A stretch of 64,000 bases of DNA, taken from Candidatus Omnitrophota bacterium. Its GTDB lineage: Bacteria > Omnitrophota > Gorgyraeia > Zapsychrales > Fredricksoniimonadaceae. Where the stretch lies: the NCBI GenBank assembly GCA_903959815.1, contig CAJBYM010000109.1, forward strand, positions 2,229 to 66,228, written 5' to 3'. A program made the position numbers and the translations under genes. Below the pieces are notes generated by a model, which saw nothing but the letters and a program-made list of their open reading frames with translations, ran no database searches and was not told the origin of the DNA. How positions within the stretch are numbered: the first letter of the stretch is position 1; each line of letters opens with the position of its first letter. This document shows positions 46,491 to 56,446 of the stretch, piece by piece.

Positions 46491-49118
46491 ATGCCCATGA
46501 ATAAAATACAAAAAAGAAACGGCGAAATCGTTGATTTCTTGCCAGAACGTATCGCCGATGCCATCCGCAAAGCCACTGAAGCCACGCGCCAAAACAACCC
46601 GTCACTTAACCTGGATACAGCTTTCATCCCTGCGATCACCGATGATATCATTGGTGAACTGAAGAAACATTATGCCGCATCCGAACGCATCCCCAACATT
46701 GAGCATATCCAGGATATCGTTGAACAAAAACTGGTCGAAAACGGGCACTTCGAGATCGCAAGGAACTACATCCTTTACAGATCCCATCACGCCCAGCTGC
46801 GCATCGAAGCCAGACTTGAACAGCTAAAGAAGATCGACAATAATCTCCTTAAAGTCCAGAAACGTAATAAGAAGACTGAAGTGTTTAAAGTCGACAAACT
46901 CCGCAAGACATTCGCCCTCGCCGCCAAAGGATATGAAAAAGAATGCCCGTTTGAACAGCTCTACGAACGCCTGAAACTTACGATCAATGACAATATCCTA
47001 ACGACCCAGATCAACAAGAACATGCGCAAGGTCGCGCTCGATCTGGTCACAGTCAAGAATATCTCGTGGCAAAATATTGCCGGCCGGCTCTATCTGATGG
47101 ACCTTTACAAACAAGCCTGCCGCAACCGCGTTATGGAACCTGCAAAGATCTACGCGGCTGAGGAATTCAAAAAACTTTTTGACACCTATATTAAAGAAGG
47201 CAAGTATTCACAGGATTTCTACACCTACTATACCGCAGAGGACATCCTCAAAGCCGGCGCCGCGATCGATAAAGAACGCGACTTCTCCTATATCTATTCC
47301 ACAGTTCTGGCCTTTGACCGGCGGTATCTGCTGAATCCTAATAAATATGTGCGCGAACTGCCCCAGGAAATGTACATGGCGATCGCCTTGTTCCTGGCCA
47401 TCCCTGAACCTCAGGAAAAACGCCTGGCTATCGCGCTGAGCATTTACGAACTTACCTCGACCCAACAATTATCCCTTCCCACACCAACGCTCTTAAACGC
47501 CCGGACCAATTTTCATCAGCTCTCCAGTTGTTTCAAACTCAATGTCAACGATGACCTGCGCGCCATCTATCATGCGCTGGAAAACATGGCCCAGATCTCC
47601 AAATTTGGCGGTGGCGTCGGTGCTTATCTGGGGCACATCCGTTCACGCGGAGCTTATATCCGTGAAATGAAAGGCGCGTCCGGTGGCGTGATCCCCTGGG
47701 TGCGGCTGATCAACAACACCGCCAGTGCCGTCAACCAGCTCGGTTCACGGCTTGGAGCCATCTCACCCACACTTGACATCTGGCACCGCGACATTCTGGA
47801 CTTTCTCAACCTGCAGACCGAAACGGGCGACATCCGATCCAAAGCATTTGATATCTTCCCGGCGATCTCGATCCCGGATTTGTTCATGCGCCGGGTAGAA
47901 GCCGGAGAGAACTGGACCCTTTTCGATCCTCATGAAGTGCATCAAAAGAAAGGCCGGCGGATCGAGGATCATTTTGGGAAAGATTTTGACACCTTCTATA
48001 AAGAATGTGAACAAGACCCGACTCTAGAGTTCAAAAATCCGATCAACGCCAAAGAACTCATGAAACGGTTCCTCAAGACAGCTGTTGAAACAGGCATGCC
48101 CTATGTCTTTTTTCGTGATACCGTCAATCGCTTAAACCCCAACCGTCATGCAGGCAACATCTACTCCACACAGCTATGCACCGAAATATGCCAGAACACA
48201 GCTGACGCTGTGTTCAATGGGGAAACACTTGAGAATGGAAATGTCAATCTATCCTACACGCCCGGAGATACTGTTGTCTGCAACCTCGCCTCGATCAACG
48301 TGGCGAAGGTCAACACACCCGAACAGATCCGGCGTGTGATGCCCATTGCGCTGCGCGTTCTGGACAATGTCATCACCCTGAATTTTTATCCCATTAAAGA
48401 AAGCGAGATCACGGCCAAGAAATACCGCAGCATCGGGCTCGGGTTCATGGGGCTCGCCGAATACCTAGCCTGCTCAGGACTCTCGTATGATTCCGCAGAA
48501 GCCCGTGCTCATGTGAACACACTCTTCGAACAATACGCCTACGCGACACTCTACGGCTCATGTGAACTGGCCAAAGAACGCGGCGCCTATGAACTTTTTG
48601 AAGGCAGTGACTGGTCCAAGGGACTGCTCTTCGGACGGGACACGTCATGGTATAAGGCCAACAGTAAAATGGCGGATCAGTGGGCCTCTCTGATCAAAGA
48701 TATCCAAAAGAATGGCGTACGTTTTGCTTATCACCTAGCACCGGCCCCCAACACCTCAACATCTGGCGTCGTTGGAACAACAGCCGGGCTACTGCCGATC
48801 TACAAGAAGTTCTTTGTAGAAACAAATGCACTGGCCCCGATCGTAACCGTCGCGCCCAACCTTTCACCGAAGAATTTCTGGCATTATAAAGAATACGTCC
48901 ACATGGACATGAACGATGTGATCGACATGATCGCAACAATATACCCGTGGGTTGACCAATCCATCTCCTTCGAGTGGCTCATCAACCCGGCGAACACATC
49001 TCCGGCAGAACTTTATGGCTATTACATGAAAGCGTGGAGATCTGGAATTAAAACAGTCTACTACGTGCGCAGCATGAGCGGCGAACTGAAAGAAACCTGT
49101 GTCAGCTGCAGCGGCTGA
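46491..49118 (+). CDS. nrdA: Class I ribonucleotide reductase alpha subunit with two ATP-cones
   Basis: Two KRN-initiated cones, LSSCF, LCTEI, CNLASIN, YY dyad, C-terminal CVSC. Confidence 0.95.
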   Translation: MPMNKIQKRNGEIVDFLPERIADAIRKATEATRQNNPSLNLDTAFIPAITDDIIGELKKHYAASERIPNIEHIQDIVEQKLVENGHFEIARNYILYRSHHAQLRIEARLEQLKKIDNNLLKVQKRNKKTEVFKVDKLRKTFALAAKGYEKECPFEQLYERLKLTINDNILTTQINKNMRKVALDLVTVKNISWQNIAGRLYLMDLYKQACRNRVMEPAKIYAAEEFKKLFDTYIKEGKYSQDFYTYYTAEDILKAGAAIDKERDFSYIYSTVLAFDRRYLLNPNKYVRELPQEMYMAIALFLAIPEPQEKRLAIALSIYELTSTQQLSLPTPTLLNARTNFHQLSSCFKLNVNDDLRAIYHALENMAQISKFGGGVGAYLGHIRSRGAYIREMKGASGGVIPWVRLINNTASAVNQLGSRLGAISPTLDIWHRDILDFLNLQTETGDIRSKAFDIFPAISIPDLFMRRVEAGENWTLFDPHEVHQKKGRRIEDHFGKDFDTFYKECEQDPTLEFKNPINAKELMKRFLKTAVETGMPYVFFRDTVNRLNPNRHAGNIYSTQLCTEICQNTADAVFNGETLENGNVNLSYTPGDTVVCNLASINVAKVNTPEQIRRVMPIALRVLDNVITLNFYPIKESEITAKKYRSIGLGFMGLAEYLACSGLSYDSAEARAHVNTLFEQYAYATLYGSCELAKERGAYELFEGSDWSKGLLFGRDTSWYKANSKMADQWASLIKDIQKNGVRFAYHLAPAPNTSTSGVVGTTAGLLPIYKKFFVETNALAPIVTVAPNLSPKNFWHYKEYVHMDMNDVIDMIATIYPWVDQSISFEWLINPANTSPAELYGYYMKAWRSGIKTVYYVRSMSGELKETCVSCSG

Positions 49119-49135
49119 CCTAAAGGAAACTAACC

Positions 49136-50164
49136 ATGAAAAAGAATCTTATCTTTAATCCCAACGGCGATGATAACGTCGCCCAGCGCACGATCATTAA
49201 AGGCAATACAACGGGGCTTTTTAACTTGAACGCCGTTAAATACCCCTGGGCCAAATCCATGTACCAGGTCATGATCGGCAATTTCTGGGTGCCTGAGAAA
49301 GTGGGTGGCCTGGGAGAAGATGCGACGATGTACCAGGGGCTATCAGCGGCCGAACAACGCGCCTATAAAGGGATGATCTCGTTTCTGACCTTCCTCGACA
49401 GCATCCAGACGGTCAATCTGCCGAACTTCTCCGACTACATCACCTCACCGGAGATCAATCTCTTATTGTCCATCCAGTCTTTCCAAGAAGCCATTCACTC
49501 ACAAAGTTATACAACGGTCCTCGAAACCGTGGTGGATGCCAAAGAAAGAGAAGAGATCTACTACTTCTGGCGCGAAGACAGTGTTCTTCTTAAGCGCAAT
49601 CAATACATCGGAAGGATCTACCAAGACTTCCAGGATAATCCGAATGACGCCAACTTCTTCAGAGGCCTCATCGGCAATTACCTTCTGGAAAGCTTGTACT
49701 TCTACAATGGCTTCGCCTTCTTTGACAACATGGCCTATGCCTCAAAGATGGTCGCGACCGGACGCATGATCAACTACATCCGCCGGGACGAACTCATCCA
49801 CGTCGCCCTTTTTGCCAACATCCTCAAAGAGATCCGCCGCGAGTTTCCCGACATGTTCGACGTGCCCATGATCACAGACATGTTCCGTACGGCCGTTGAT
49901 CAGGAGATCCTTTGGACCAACCATATCATCGGTGACGGCATTCCCGGGATCACAACCATGACAACGGAGATGTACACCAAGTGGCTCGCCAATACACGAC
50001 TGGAGGGACTGAATTTACCGCCCCTGTTCCCCGAGGTGGTCACAAGTCCTTATAAACATTTGGAAGCTATGGCGGATAATAACAGCGAGAAGACCAACTT
50101 CTTCGAATCGACGGTCACGAACTACACGCAATCGAGTTCCATGAACGGGTCGTGGGATTTCTAA
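49136..50164 (+). CDS. nrdB: Class Ia ribonucleotide reductase beta subunit
   Basis: FW.PE, FLD, EAIHSQSY (radical Tyr), LES..FYNGF, RDELIH, FFE..NY. Confidence 0.93.
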   Translation: MKKNLIFNPNGDDNVAQRTIIKGNTTGLFNLNAVKYPWAKSMYQVMIGNFWVPEKVGGLGEDATMYQGLSAAEQRAYKGMISFLTFLDSIQTVNLPNFSDYITSPEINLLLSIQSFQEAIHSQSYTTVLETVVDAKEREEIYYFWREDSVLLKRNQYIGRIYQDFQDNPNDANFFRGLIGNYLLESLYFYNGFAFFDNMAYASKMVATGRMINYIRRDELIHVALFANILKEIRREFPDMFDVPMITDMFRTAVDQEILWTNHIIGDGIPGITTMTTEMYTKWLANTRLEGLNLPPLFPEVVTSPYKHLEAMADNNSEKTNFFESTVTNYTQSSSMNGSWDF

Positions 50165-50167
50165 ACT

Positions 50168-50647
50168 TTAAGCAAGCCGGGATTCCTTGATCTTGAGCAA
50201 TTTTTCAAGATGTCCCTCTTCTTCCTTAAGGATCTTTTTAAAGACTTCCTGCACAGCGGAAGGACAAAGCCCTGCGATCTCCGTATAAATACGAACCGCC
50301 ATTCTTTCATTCTCAATGCCAATATGTAAGGCTTTACTGAGATCCAAAGAATTGATCTCCATTGGTTCAGATCCGGTCATGGACTTTTTCAAACCATCGA
50401 GCATCCTGTTTAATATTTCCACAAAGTTGATCGAAGAACTGAAATTCTGGTTCTGCATGGATAAAGACTGTCCGATCCTCGCTAGATCACGTTTATGAAC
50501 GACCTCATCTTCAGCCAAAGACAAAAAGACCTCCTTCACCGCAGGAATATGAGACAGCCGTGCGAGCTTGCGATAAAACATAACACCCGCTTCTTCGACA
50601 TCGATGGCCATGCGTAAGATAAGATCTGCCGATTGTAGCTCAGACAT
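50168..50647 (-). CDS. Ferritin-like / rubrerythrin-family protein
   Basis: AI.VE...FY, EDEVVH, E...IY, EEEGH. Confidence 0.85.
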   Translation of the reverse strand: MSELQSADLILRMAIDVEEAGVMFYRKLARLSHIPAVKEVFLSLAEDEVVHKRDLARIGQSLSMQNQNFSSSINFVEILNRMLDGLKKSMTGSEPMEINSLDLSKALHIGIENERMAVRIYTEIAGLCPSAVQEVFKKILKEEEGHLEKLLKIKESRLA

Positions 50648-50806
50648 AAATTCCTCCTTTAACCCGGATTGTGCATTACGCGTTGTTTCTCGATAATAGC
50701 ATTTGCACTAAAATATGCGGTCGCTTTCAAACTGGCCTTCCACAATTTCTAGTCTAGAAAAGGCCCGGGTTCAACCCGCATTACCTCTCCTATTGAAAAA
50801 TGCGGG

Positions 50807-51214
50807 TTAGAAAATCCCGTGCTCATTCAAGAAAGCGCTGTATTTCTTGTCCGTAAGAAAAACATGCGTGCGCAGCCAACTCACCAGATACTAGGCCATA
50901 TCCATGGCCACATCGGTCTCGGCATCCAGAAATGCATCCAGAAATTGGACGATCTTTTTGCGAAACTCATCATGCTCCATCTTATGCTCATGAAAATCCG
51001 GAAAACCGGCCCTAACCATGAGCCCCTCTTCTGTTTCAAAATGCTTGAGCGTATAATCCAAGAGTCCGGCGAAGATCTTCTGCAGATCTTCTTTTGATTG
51101 CCCACTTCTCACACCAGCATGCAATTGATTAACAAGCGCTAAGAGCTTCTTGTGCTGTTCATCGATCTCGACAACATTAACGGCATACTCCTCTTTCCAG
51201 GGAAATAATTCCAT
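50807..51214 (-). pseudogene. Bacteriohemerythrin interrupted by an in-frame TAG (nonsense allele or readthrough)
   Basis: IDEQH, HFETEE, HKMEH precede TAG 50891-50893; the same frame continues YLVSWLRTHVFLTDKKY.. to TAA 50807. Confidence 0.85.
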
Positions 51215-51225
51215 AAGCTCTCCTG

Positions 51226-51816
51226 TTATTTTATCATCATCATGACCAGGATGATCCCTTTGCGAACCATCATAACACCGATCGCCGCCAGTAAAAGGTA
51301 CATCACCTTCGATAAAGCCCTCGCTCCACTGATGCCGATGAGACGGATCAGTTTATCCGCGGATAAAAGCACCACGGCAATAATAATCAGATTAGCCAGA
51401 ACAGCGATCAACGTAACCGCCCAGCCATATTGATTCATGAGCATCAAAGCCATCGTCAAAACCGCAGGCCCGACAATGAGTGGCGTACCGATCGGAACAG
51501 CTGCCAGATCCATGGGCTTGAACTTTCGTGTTCTGAGTGTTTGGCCCATCAGATCCACCATCGATAAACAAAAAAGGATAAGCCCGCCCGCGATCATGAA
51601 ATCACCCATGCTGATGCCAAGAAAGTTAAAAATGACCTGGCCAAGAAAGATGAAACTGATCGCAAGGACGGTTGCGGTCAGAATCGACTGGACGATGATC
51701 TTGCGCTTTTCAAAGGACGTCAACCCCTGGGTCAAGCCGGCAAATATAGGAAGAACTCCCAAAGAATCCATCGCAAAGAACATCGGAATAAACGCCAAAA
51801 GGATATCATTGATCAT
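51226..51816 (-). CDS. MarC family membrane protein
   Basis: F.IAGGLILF, AVPIGTPLIVGP, LLAAIGV; start moved to MINDIL. Confidence 0.9.
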   Translation of the reverse strand: MINDILLAFIPMFFAMDSLGVLPIFAGLTQGLTSFEKRKIIVQSILTATVLAISFIFLGQVIFNFLGISMGDFMIAGGLILFCLSMVDLMGQTLRTRKFKPMDLAAVPIGTPLIVGPAVLTMALMLMNQYGWAVTLIAVLANLIIIAVVLLSADKLIRLIGISGARALSKVMYLLLAAIGVMMVRKGIILVMMMIK

Positions 51817-51827
51817 ATCAACGCCTT

Positions 51828-52028
51828 TCACATATCATGCCAGAAATACAAAACTGCACATAACCCTACACCCACCACATAAGTCCACACAGTGCTTGTC
51901 ATGATATACGGGAAACCCATGAGAGCCACACCGATCACAAGCACTTTCCAATTACGATTTTTCGTACCATAAACAAACGCTGCAAAGCCAATTGCTCCAA
52001 AGATCAACCCGCCTATGAACTGCGCCAT
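51828..52028 (-). CDS. Small membrane protein (66 aa)
   Basis: SD AGGAG; MAQFIGGLIFGAIGFAAFVYG.K..IGVALMGFPY. Confidence 0.75.
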   Translation of the reverse strand: MAQFIGGLIFGAIGFAAFVYGTKNRNWKVLVIGVALMGFPYIMTSTVWTYVVGVGLCAVLYFWHDM

Positions 52029-52044
52029 TTTCCTTCTCCTAAAC

Positions 52045-53784
52045 TCAAACTTTTTCCTTGATAGGCAAAAGAAAATGAAACGCAGAACCCTGACCGAACA
52101 CCGACTCTGCCCAGATCTTACCGGCATGGCGCACAATGATCTCCTTAGAGATCGCCAAACCCAGACCCGTGCCGCCTGACTTCCTGTCGTTTAAGGTAAC
52201 GATCTGCTGAAAACTATGAAAAAGTTTGGGCATATCCTCCAAAGCAATGCCCAAGCCCGTATCCTCGACAACAATATGAACAAAATTCCCATCTTTGCAA
52301 ACACTGATCTTAACATGTCCCTTATCTGTAAATTTGAGCGCATTGCTCACCAGATTCATAAGCACCTGAATGATCTTATCACGATCAAAAATAAATGCCG
52401 GGATCTCCTGTTCACACACCATAAAAAGCTCAAGCTGTTTCTGCTTGGCGATAAGACTCATGGCGCCGATGACTTCCCTGACCACATCACTGATCAGATG
52501 CTCACCCAGATCAAAAGGCATGCGCCCGGATTCCAGCTTTTGAAAATCCAGAACATCATTGATCAATCGGTGCAGACGGTCAGCATTATTCTTAACAATG
52601 TTCAAAAGCCCCCGCTGCTCTGCATTGATATCACCCACAAGCCCGTCGAGAATGATCGCCGCGCCTTCCTTGATAGGCCCGAGCGGCGTGCGCAGCTCAT
52701 GCGAGACCATCGATGTGAACTTGGATTTCATCGCGGCCGCATTCTTCACTTCTTCCTCGGCCCTTTTCTGAAGAATGAGGGCATACAAAATAAAAAGAGC
52801 CAGCACTAACGCTGTCAAAAAAGCAAATCCATAGATCATCAGAAGCGGCCTCAGTGGCCTGTCCATATCACTAAACGCCAAGGCCGCAGGCTGTGTCACA
52901 ACAACACCCCAGCCGTATTCCCGGACCGGCTCGTATGCGGCAACGCTCATCTGACGCTCAACAGGATTATAATTCAAGCCGGCCCCACTCTGGCCTTTCA
53001 AGACCTTCCTGACCACCGGCACTGAGGAGAAATCAATGATCTTCCGCTGAGAATCCAGTTTCGGATGATAAACGATCTGTCCATGCTGATCCACAACATA
53101 AATAAAGTCACCCGCACCGACGTCAACAACCCTCAACCAACGCGAAAAGACATCCATCCGAAATTGCATCTGAAATATCGCGAGGACCTTCTGATCCTGC
53201 TCTGAAAAAGAAGTCTCACCGCCAGCCAGAACCCCTTTGGCTTTAACAGGAATAGATACCGAAACCACATTAACCCCTGGCTCAACCATCTTCTTATAAA
53301 CCTCGGAGACATACGGGCGTCCATTCTTTTTGACCTGCTGATACCAAAGTGTATCCACGCGGCTCTGTCCCAACAGACTGGCGTCCACAAAAGGCATGTC
53401 CGCCTTCACCGTGCCCTCCATATCACAAAGGACCATATGATCTATTTCAGGAAATTGCGGCAGAATGCCTTCAACACGGGCGATGGCCTCGGGCCAATTG
53501 CCCTTTTCCAACTCCTCGATCATCTTGTTACGGGTCGCAACAAAAATACCAAAGTTGGTCACAGCATCCAGGCGTTCATGAATGATGGTCGCGGCGAGAA
53601 AAGCCAATGCTTTCTTACGGCTTAAGACATTCTCGGCCATATGAGCAGATGTCTCGGCGTAATTGAACCATCCCAAGAAAGCAATGGGCGCCAAGAAAAG
53701 AAACAAGAAAACCGCGCGATAAAACAGGACATTGCGCCCGCCCACCAATCGGTCCGCTAACTGCCTCATAAAACTTGCTTTCAT
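52045..53784 (-). CDS. Membrane dCache-type sensor histidine kinase
   Basis: Two TMs flanking a Cache-like domain (PYVSEVY, YVVDQHG.IVYHP); SHELRTP, NALKFT, GTGLGL. Confidence 0.92.
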   Translation of the reverse strand: MKASFMRQLADRLVGGRNVLFYRAVFLFLFLAPIAFLGWFNYAETSAHMAENVLSRKKALAFLAATIIHERLDAVTNFGIFVATRNKMIEELEKGNWPEAIARVEGILPQFPEIDHMVLCDMEGTVKADMPFVDASLLGQSRVDTLWYQQVKKNGRPYVSEVYKKMVEPGVNVVSVSIPVKAKGVLAGGETSFSEQDQKVLAIFQMQFRMDVFSRWLRVVDVGAGDFIYVVDQHGQIVYHPKLDSQRKIIDFSSVPVVRKVLKGQSGAGLNYNPVERQMSVAAYEPVREYGWGVVVTQPAALAFSDMDRPLRPLLMIYGFAFLTALVLALFILYALILQKRAEEEVKNAAAMKSKFTSMVSHELRTPLGPIKEGAAIILDGLVGDINAEQRGLLNIVKNNADRLHRLINDVLDFQKLESGRMPFDLGEHLISDVVREVIGAMSLIAKQKQLELFMVCEQEIPAFIFDRDKIIQVLMNLVSNALKFTDKGHVKISVCKDGNFVHIVVEDTGLGIALEDMPKLFHSFQQIVTLNDRKSGGTGLGLAISKEIIVRHAGKIWAESVFGQGSAFHFLLPIKEKV

Positions 53785-53810
53785 CCAGGCTCCTTCTTAA
53801 ACACGCACAG

Positions 53811-54185
53811 CTATGAATTATTCCTATCCAAAACCGCATGGATCGCACGGATAAGCTCATTGCCATCGTAAGGCTTTTCCATATACCCCACAACACCCTC
53901 TGCCAACATCCTTCGCTTGAGCTCAGCATCCGTTGACGCTGTAAGAACCAAGACCGGTGTGAAACTTGTCTTGGATGACATCTTTAAATTCTTGAGGGTC
54001 GCTTCTCCACCGCCCCCGGGTAGCATAAGATCTAAAATAATAAGATCAGGCGCCTCACTCTTGGCGAGGGTCAACCCCTGATAAGCATCCAGGGCCCAAA
54101 TGACCTGAAAACCGCTCTTGGCCAGACGTGCCTGTAAAACATCGGCCACTGATTCATCATCTTCCACGATCAAGATCTTTTTCAT
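53811..54185 (-). CDS. Single-domain response regulator
   Basis: ILIVEDD, LDLMLP, LTA, KPY. Confidence 0.92.
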   Translation of the reverse strand: MKKILIVEDDESVADVLQARLAKSGFQVIWALDAYQGLTLAKSEAPDLIILDLMLPGGGGEATLKNLKMSSKTSFTPVLVLTASTDAELKRRMLAEGVVGYMEKPYDGNELIRAIHAVLDRNNS

Positions 54186-54260
54186 GATCCGCTCCTATTT
54201 TTAAGTCCAAGGCTCATGCTCATAATAATACCTCTGACCAACAAACCAATGAATATTTTC

Positions 54261-56180
54261 TCACGCTTCCAATGACAGGAATTCCGCTTTCATGGCTTCA
54301 AGAAGCTCCCAACGTTCATACGCAACAAGGATCTCTGCTTCCAAAGCCTCAGACTGCGCTTCGGTGCGGGTGATCTCTTTCGGATCTCTTTGATAAAACG
54401 CAACATCAGCCAATAGCGTATAAAGCTCTGCCTGTTCTAATTCCAATTTCTCGATCTTGCCCGGAAGGATCTCAAGCTCTCGCTCTTCTTTATACGAAAG
54501 TTTACGCGGAACCCGCGGCTTTTGCATCCGGAATGTTCCTTTTGAACGCGAGGCTCCATCGGCAGGCTTGACCTTAAGCGCATTCTCTTTAACCTGCGAC
54601 TGCCAATCATCATAGCCACCCGGATATTCATTAACCTCGCCTTCACCCTCGAGAACAATCGTTGAAGTCACCACATTATTCAAGAAAGCACGGTCATGGC
54701 TGACCAGAAGCAGTGTCCCAGAATAATCTGAAAGCAATTCTTCCAAAAGCTCCAGCGTCTCAATATCAAGATCATTGGTCGGTTCATCCATAACAAGCAC
54801 ATTCGATGGCCGTGTAAAAAGCCGTGCCAGCAAAAGACGATTGCGCTCTCCGCCCGACAAAACCTTGACCGGCGTACGCGCACGATCCGGCGGAAAAAGA
54901 AAATCCTGCAAATATCCGATAACATGCCTGGGCTTGCCATTGATGGTTACCGTATCTGACGTGCCGCAAACATTCTCTGCCACCGTCTTTTCCTCATCAA
55001 GCTGTTCACGCAACTGATCATAATAAGCGATCTCTAAGTTGGTCCCGTGGCGTGACGTCCCTTTGCTCGGCTGCATTTTCCCCAGCAGAATACGCAACAA
55101 CGTTGTCTTCCCCGAACCATTAGGTCCAATGACACCGATCTTGTCACCCCGCATAATATTCGTTGAGAAATCCCGGATCAAACAATTCTCGCCATAGCTC
55201 TGACCGATGCGTGACGCTTTAATCACAAGATGCCCCGACGGGTCTGTTTCCTGCGCCCTGAACTTAACCTGGCCAATGGCCTGACGCTGGGCCTGCCTCT
55301 CAATGCGCATGCGCTCCAATGCCTTGACGCGACCTTCATTACGACAACGCCGCGCCTTAACACCCTGACGGATCCAGATCTCTTCCTGAGCCAGTTTCTT
55401 TTGAAAATCATGACGCTGTGACTCTTCATTCTCCAGCGCCATTTGCTTGCGCTCAAGAAACGTTGTGTAATCACACGACCAGCTCATCAGTCGGCCCCGG
55501 TCGATCTCCATGATCTTGGTCGCAATATTGGCCATGAACTGCCGATCATGTGTCACAAAGAATACCGTGCCAGGATAATTCTTCAAGAAGCCCTCAAGCC
55601 AATCAATGGAATCAATATCCAAATGATTGGTCGGCTCATCCAAAAGAAGAACATCGGGTTTGAGCACCAAAGCGCGCGCTAAAAGGACACGGCGTTTTTG
55701 TCCGCCGGATAATGTCTCAAAATCACTGTCCGGATCCAGTTTCATTTTGGAAATAACATGTTCGATCTGATTATTGATCTCCCATCCGTTGGTCCGGTCA
55801 AGCTCGGTCTGTAAAAGATCAAGCTTACGGATAAGCTCCGGCGTATGCTCAGTATGAAGCCGATGGCTCACATGATGATAATCGCTCAAAAGCGTGGCAC
55901 GCGCGCCCAATCCTGAAAGAACAACGTCAAACACACTGCCCGTGATACCACCCGGAACTTCCTGTGGCAAATGCGCCACCTGAACTCCCTTCTGAAAGCT
56001 GACAATCCCGTCATCTACACCGATCTGCCCGGCCATGACCTTCATTAAAGTGGTCTTGCCCGTGCCGTTACGACCCAAAAGAGCAACACGCTCGCCAGGT
56101 TCAAGCTGAAGGCTCATCCGATCAAAAAGAAGCGGTCCGCCAAAAGCCAAGGAAATTTCTTGAAGACTAATGTAAGCCAT
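54261..56180 (-). CDS. uup: ABC-F ATPase, Uup-like
   Basis: Two nucleotide-binding domains, EEIWIRQGVKARR.RNEGRV linker, KLSYKEEREL C-terminal domain. Confidence 0.9.
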   Translation of the reverse strand: MAYISLQEISLAFGGPLLFDRMSLQLEPGERVALLGRNGTGKTTLMKVMAGQIGVDDGIVSFQKGVQVAHLPQEVPGGITGSVFDVVLSGLGARATLLSDYHHVSHRLHTEHTPELIRKLDLLQTELDRTNGWEINNQIEHVISKMKLDPDSDFETLSGGQKRRVLLARALVLKPDVLLLDEPTNHLDIDSIDWLEGFLKNYPGTVFFVTHDRQFMANIATKIMEIDRGRLMSWSCDYTTFLERKQMALENEESQRHDFQKKLAQEEIWIRQGVKARRCRNEGRVKALERMRIERQAQRQAIGQVKFRAQETDPSGHLVIKASRIGQSYGENCLIRDFSTNIMRGDKIGVIGPNGSGKTTLLRILLGKMQPSKGTSRHGTNLEIAYYDQLREQLDEEKTVAENVCGTSDTVTINGKPRHVIGYLQDFLFPPDRARTPVKVLSGGERNRLLLARLFTRPSNVLVMDEPTNDLDIETLELLEELLSDYSGTLLLVSHDRAFLNNVVTSTIVLEGEGEVNEYPGGYDDWQSQVKENALKVKPADGASRSKGTFRMQKPRVPRKLSYKEERELEILPGKIEKLELEQAELYTLLADVAFYQRDPKEITRTEAQSEALEAEILVAYERWELLEAMKAEFLSLEA

Positions 56181-56221
56181 AATTATCCCGTGATCCATAA
56201 ATGTGATTTGTTACTGGAAGC

Positions 56222-56285
56222 AAAAATAAAGACATGCACTTATCCGCGTGCCTGAAACCCAGGCTACAGCAGAAAAGTGCATGTC
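56222..56285 (-). terminator. Long hairpin with U-rich tail between the SPFH operon and uup
   Basis: GACATGCACTT...GCCTG-loop-CAGGC...AAGTGCATGTC then TTTATTTTT. Confidence 0.55.
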
Positions 56286-56326
56286 CCAAGATCAATCCGC
56301 GACGTTAGTCCCACCAAGATCAGGAA

Positions 56327-56428
56327 CTATTTCTCATCTTTTTTCTTTTGCAACTCCAAAACCTTGAACAACAAAAACCCGATGATTATCGCCTGGATCA
56401 AAACCGCTGTTTCTAAAAATGCGATCAT
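56327..56428 (-). CDS. 33-aa single-TM microprotein (not in ORF track)
   Basis: SD AAGGAG; MIAFLETAVLIQAIIIGFLLFKVLELQKKKDEK*. Confidence 0.6.
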   Translation of the reverse strand: MIAFLETAVLIQAIIIGFLLFKVLELQKKKDEK

Positions 56429-56446
56429 GTCCTACTCCTTGTTTTA

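Noticed and set aside
56222-56290. Leader-peptide attenuator for an antibiotic-resistance ABC-F
   Set aside because: The protein has Uup features rather than ARE features, the uORF lacks a well-spaced SD, and the hairpin is explained as a terminator.
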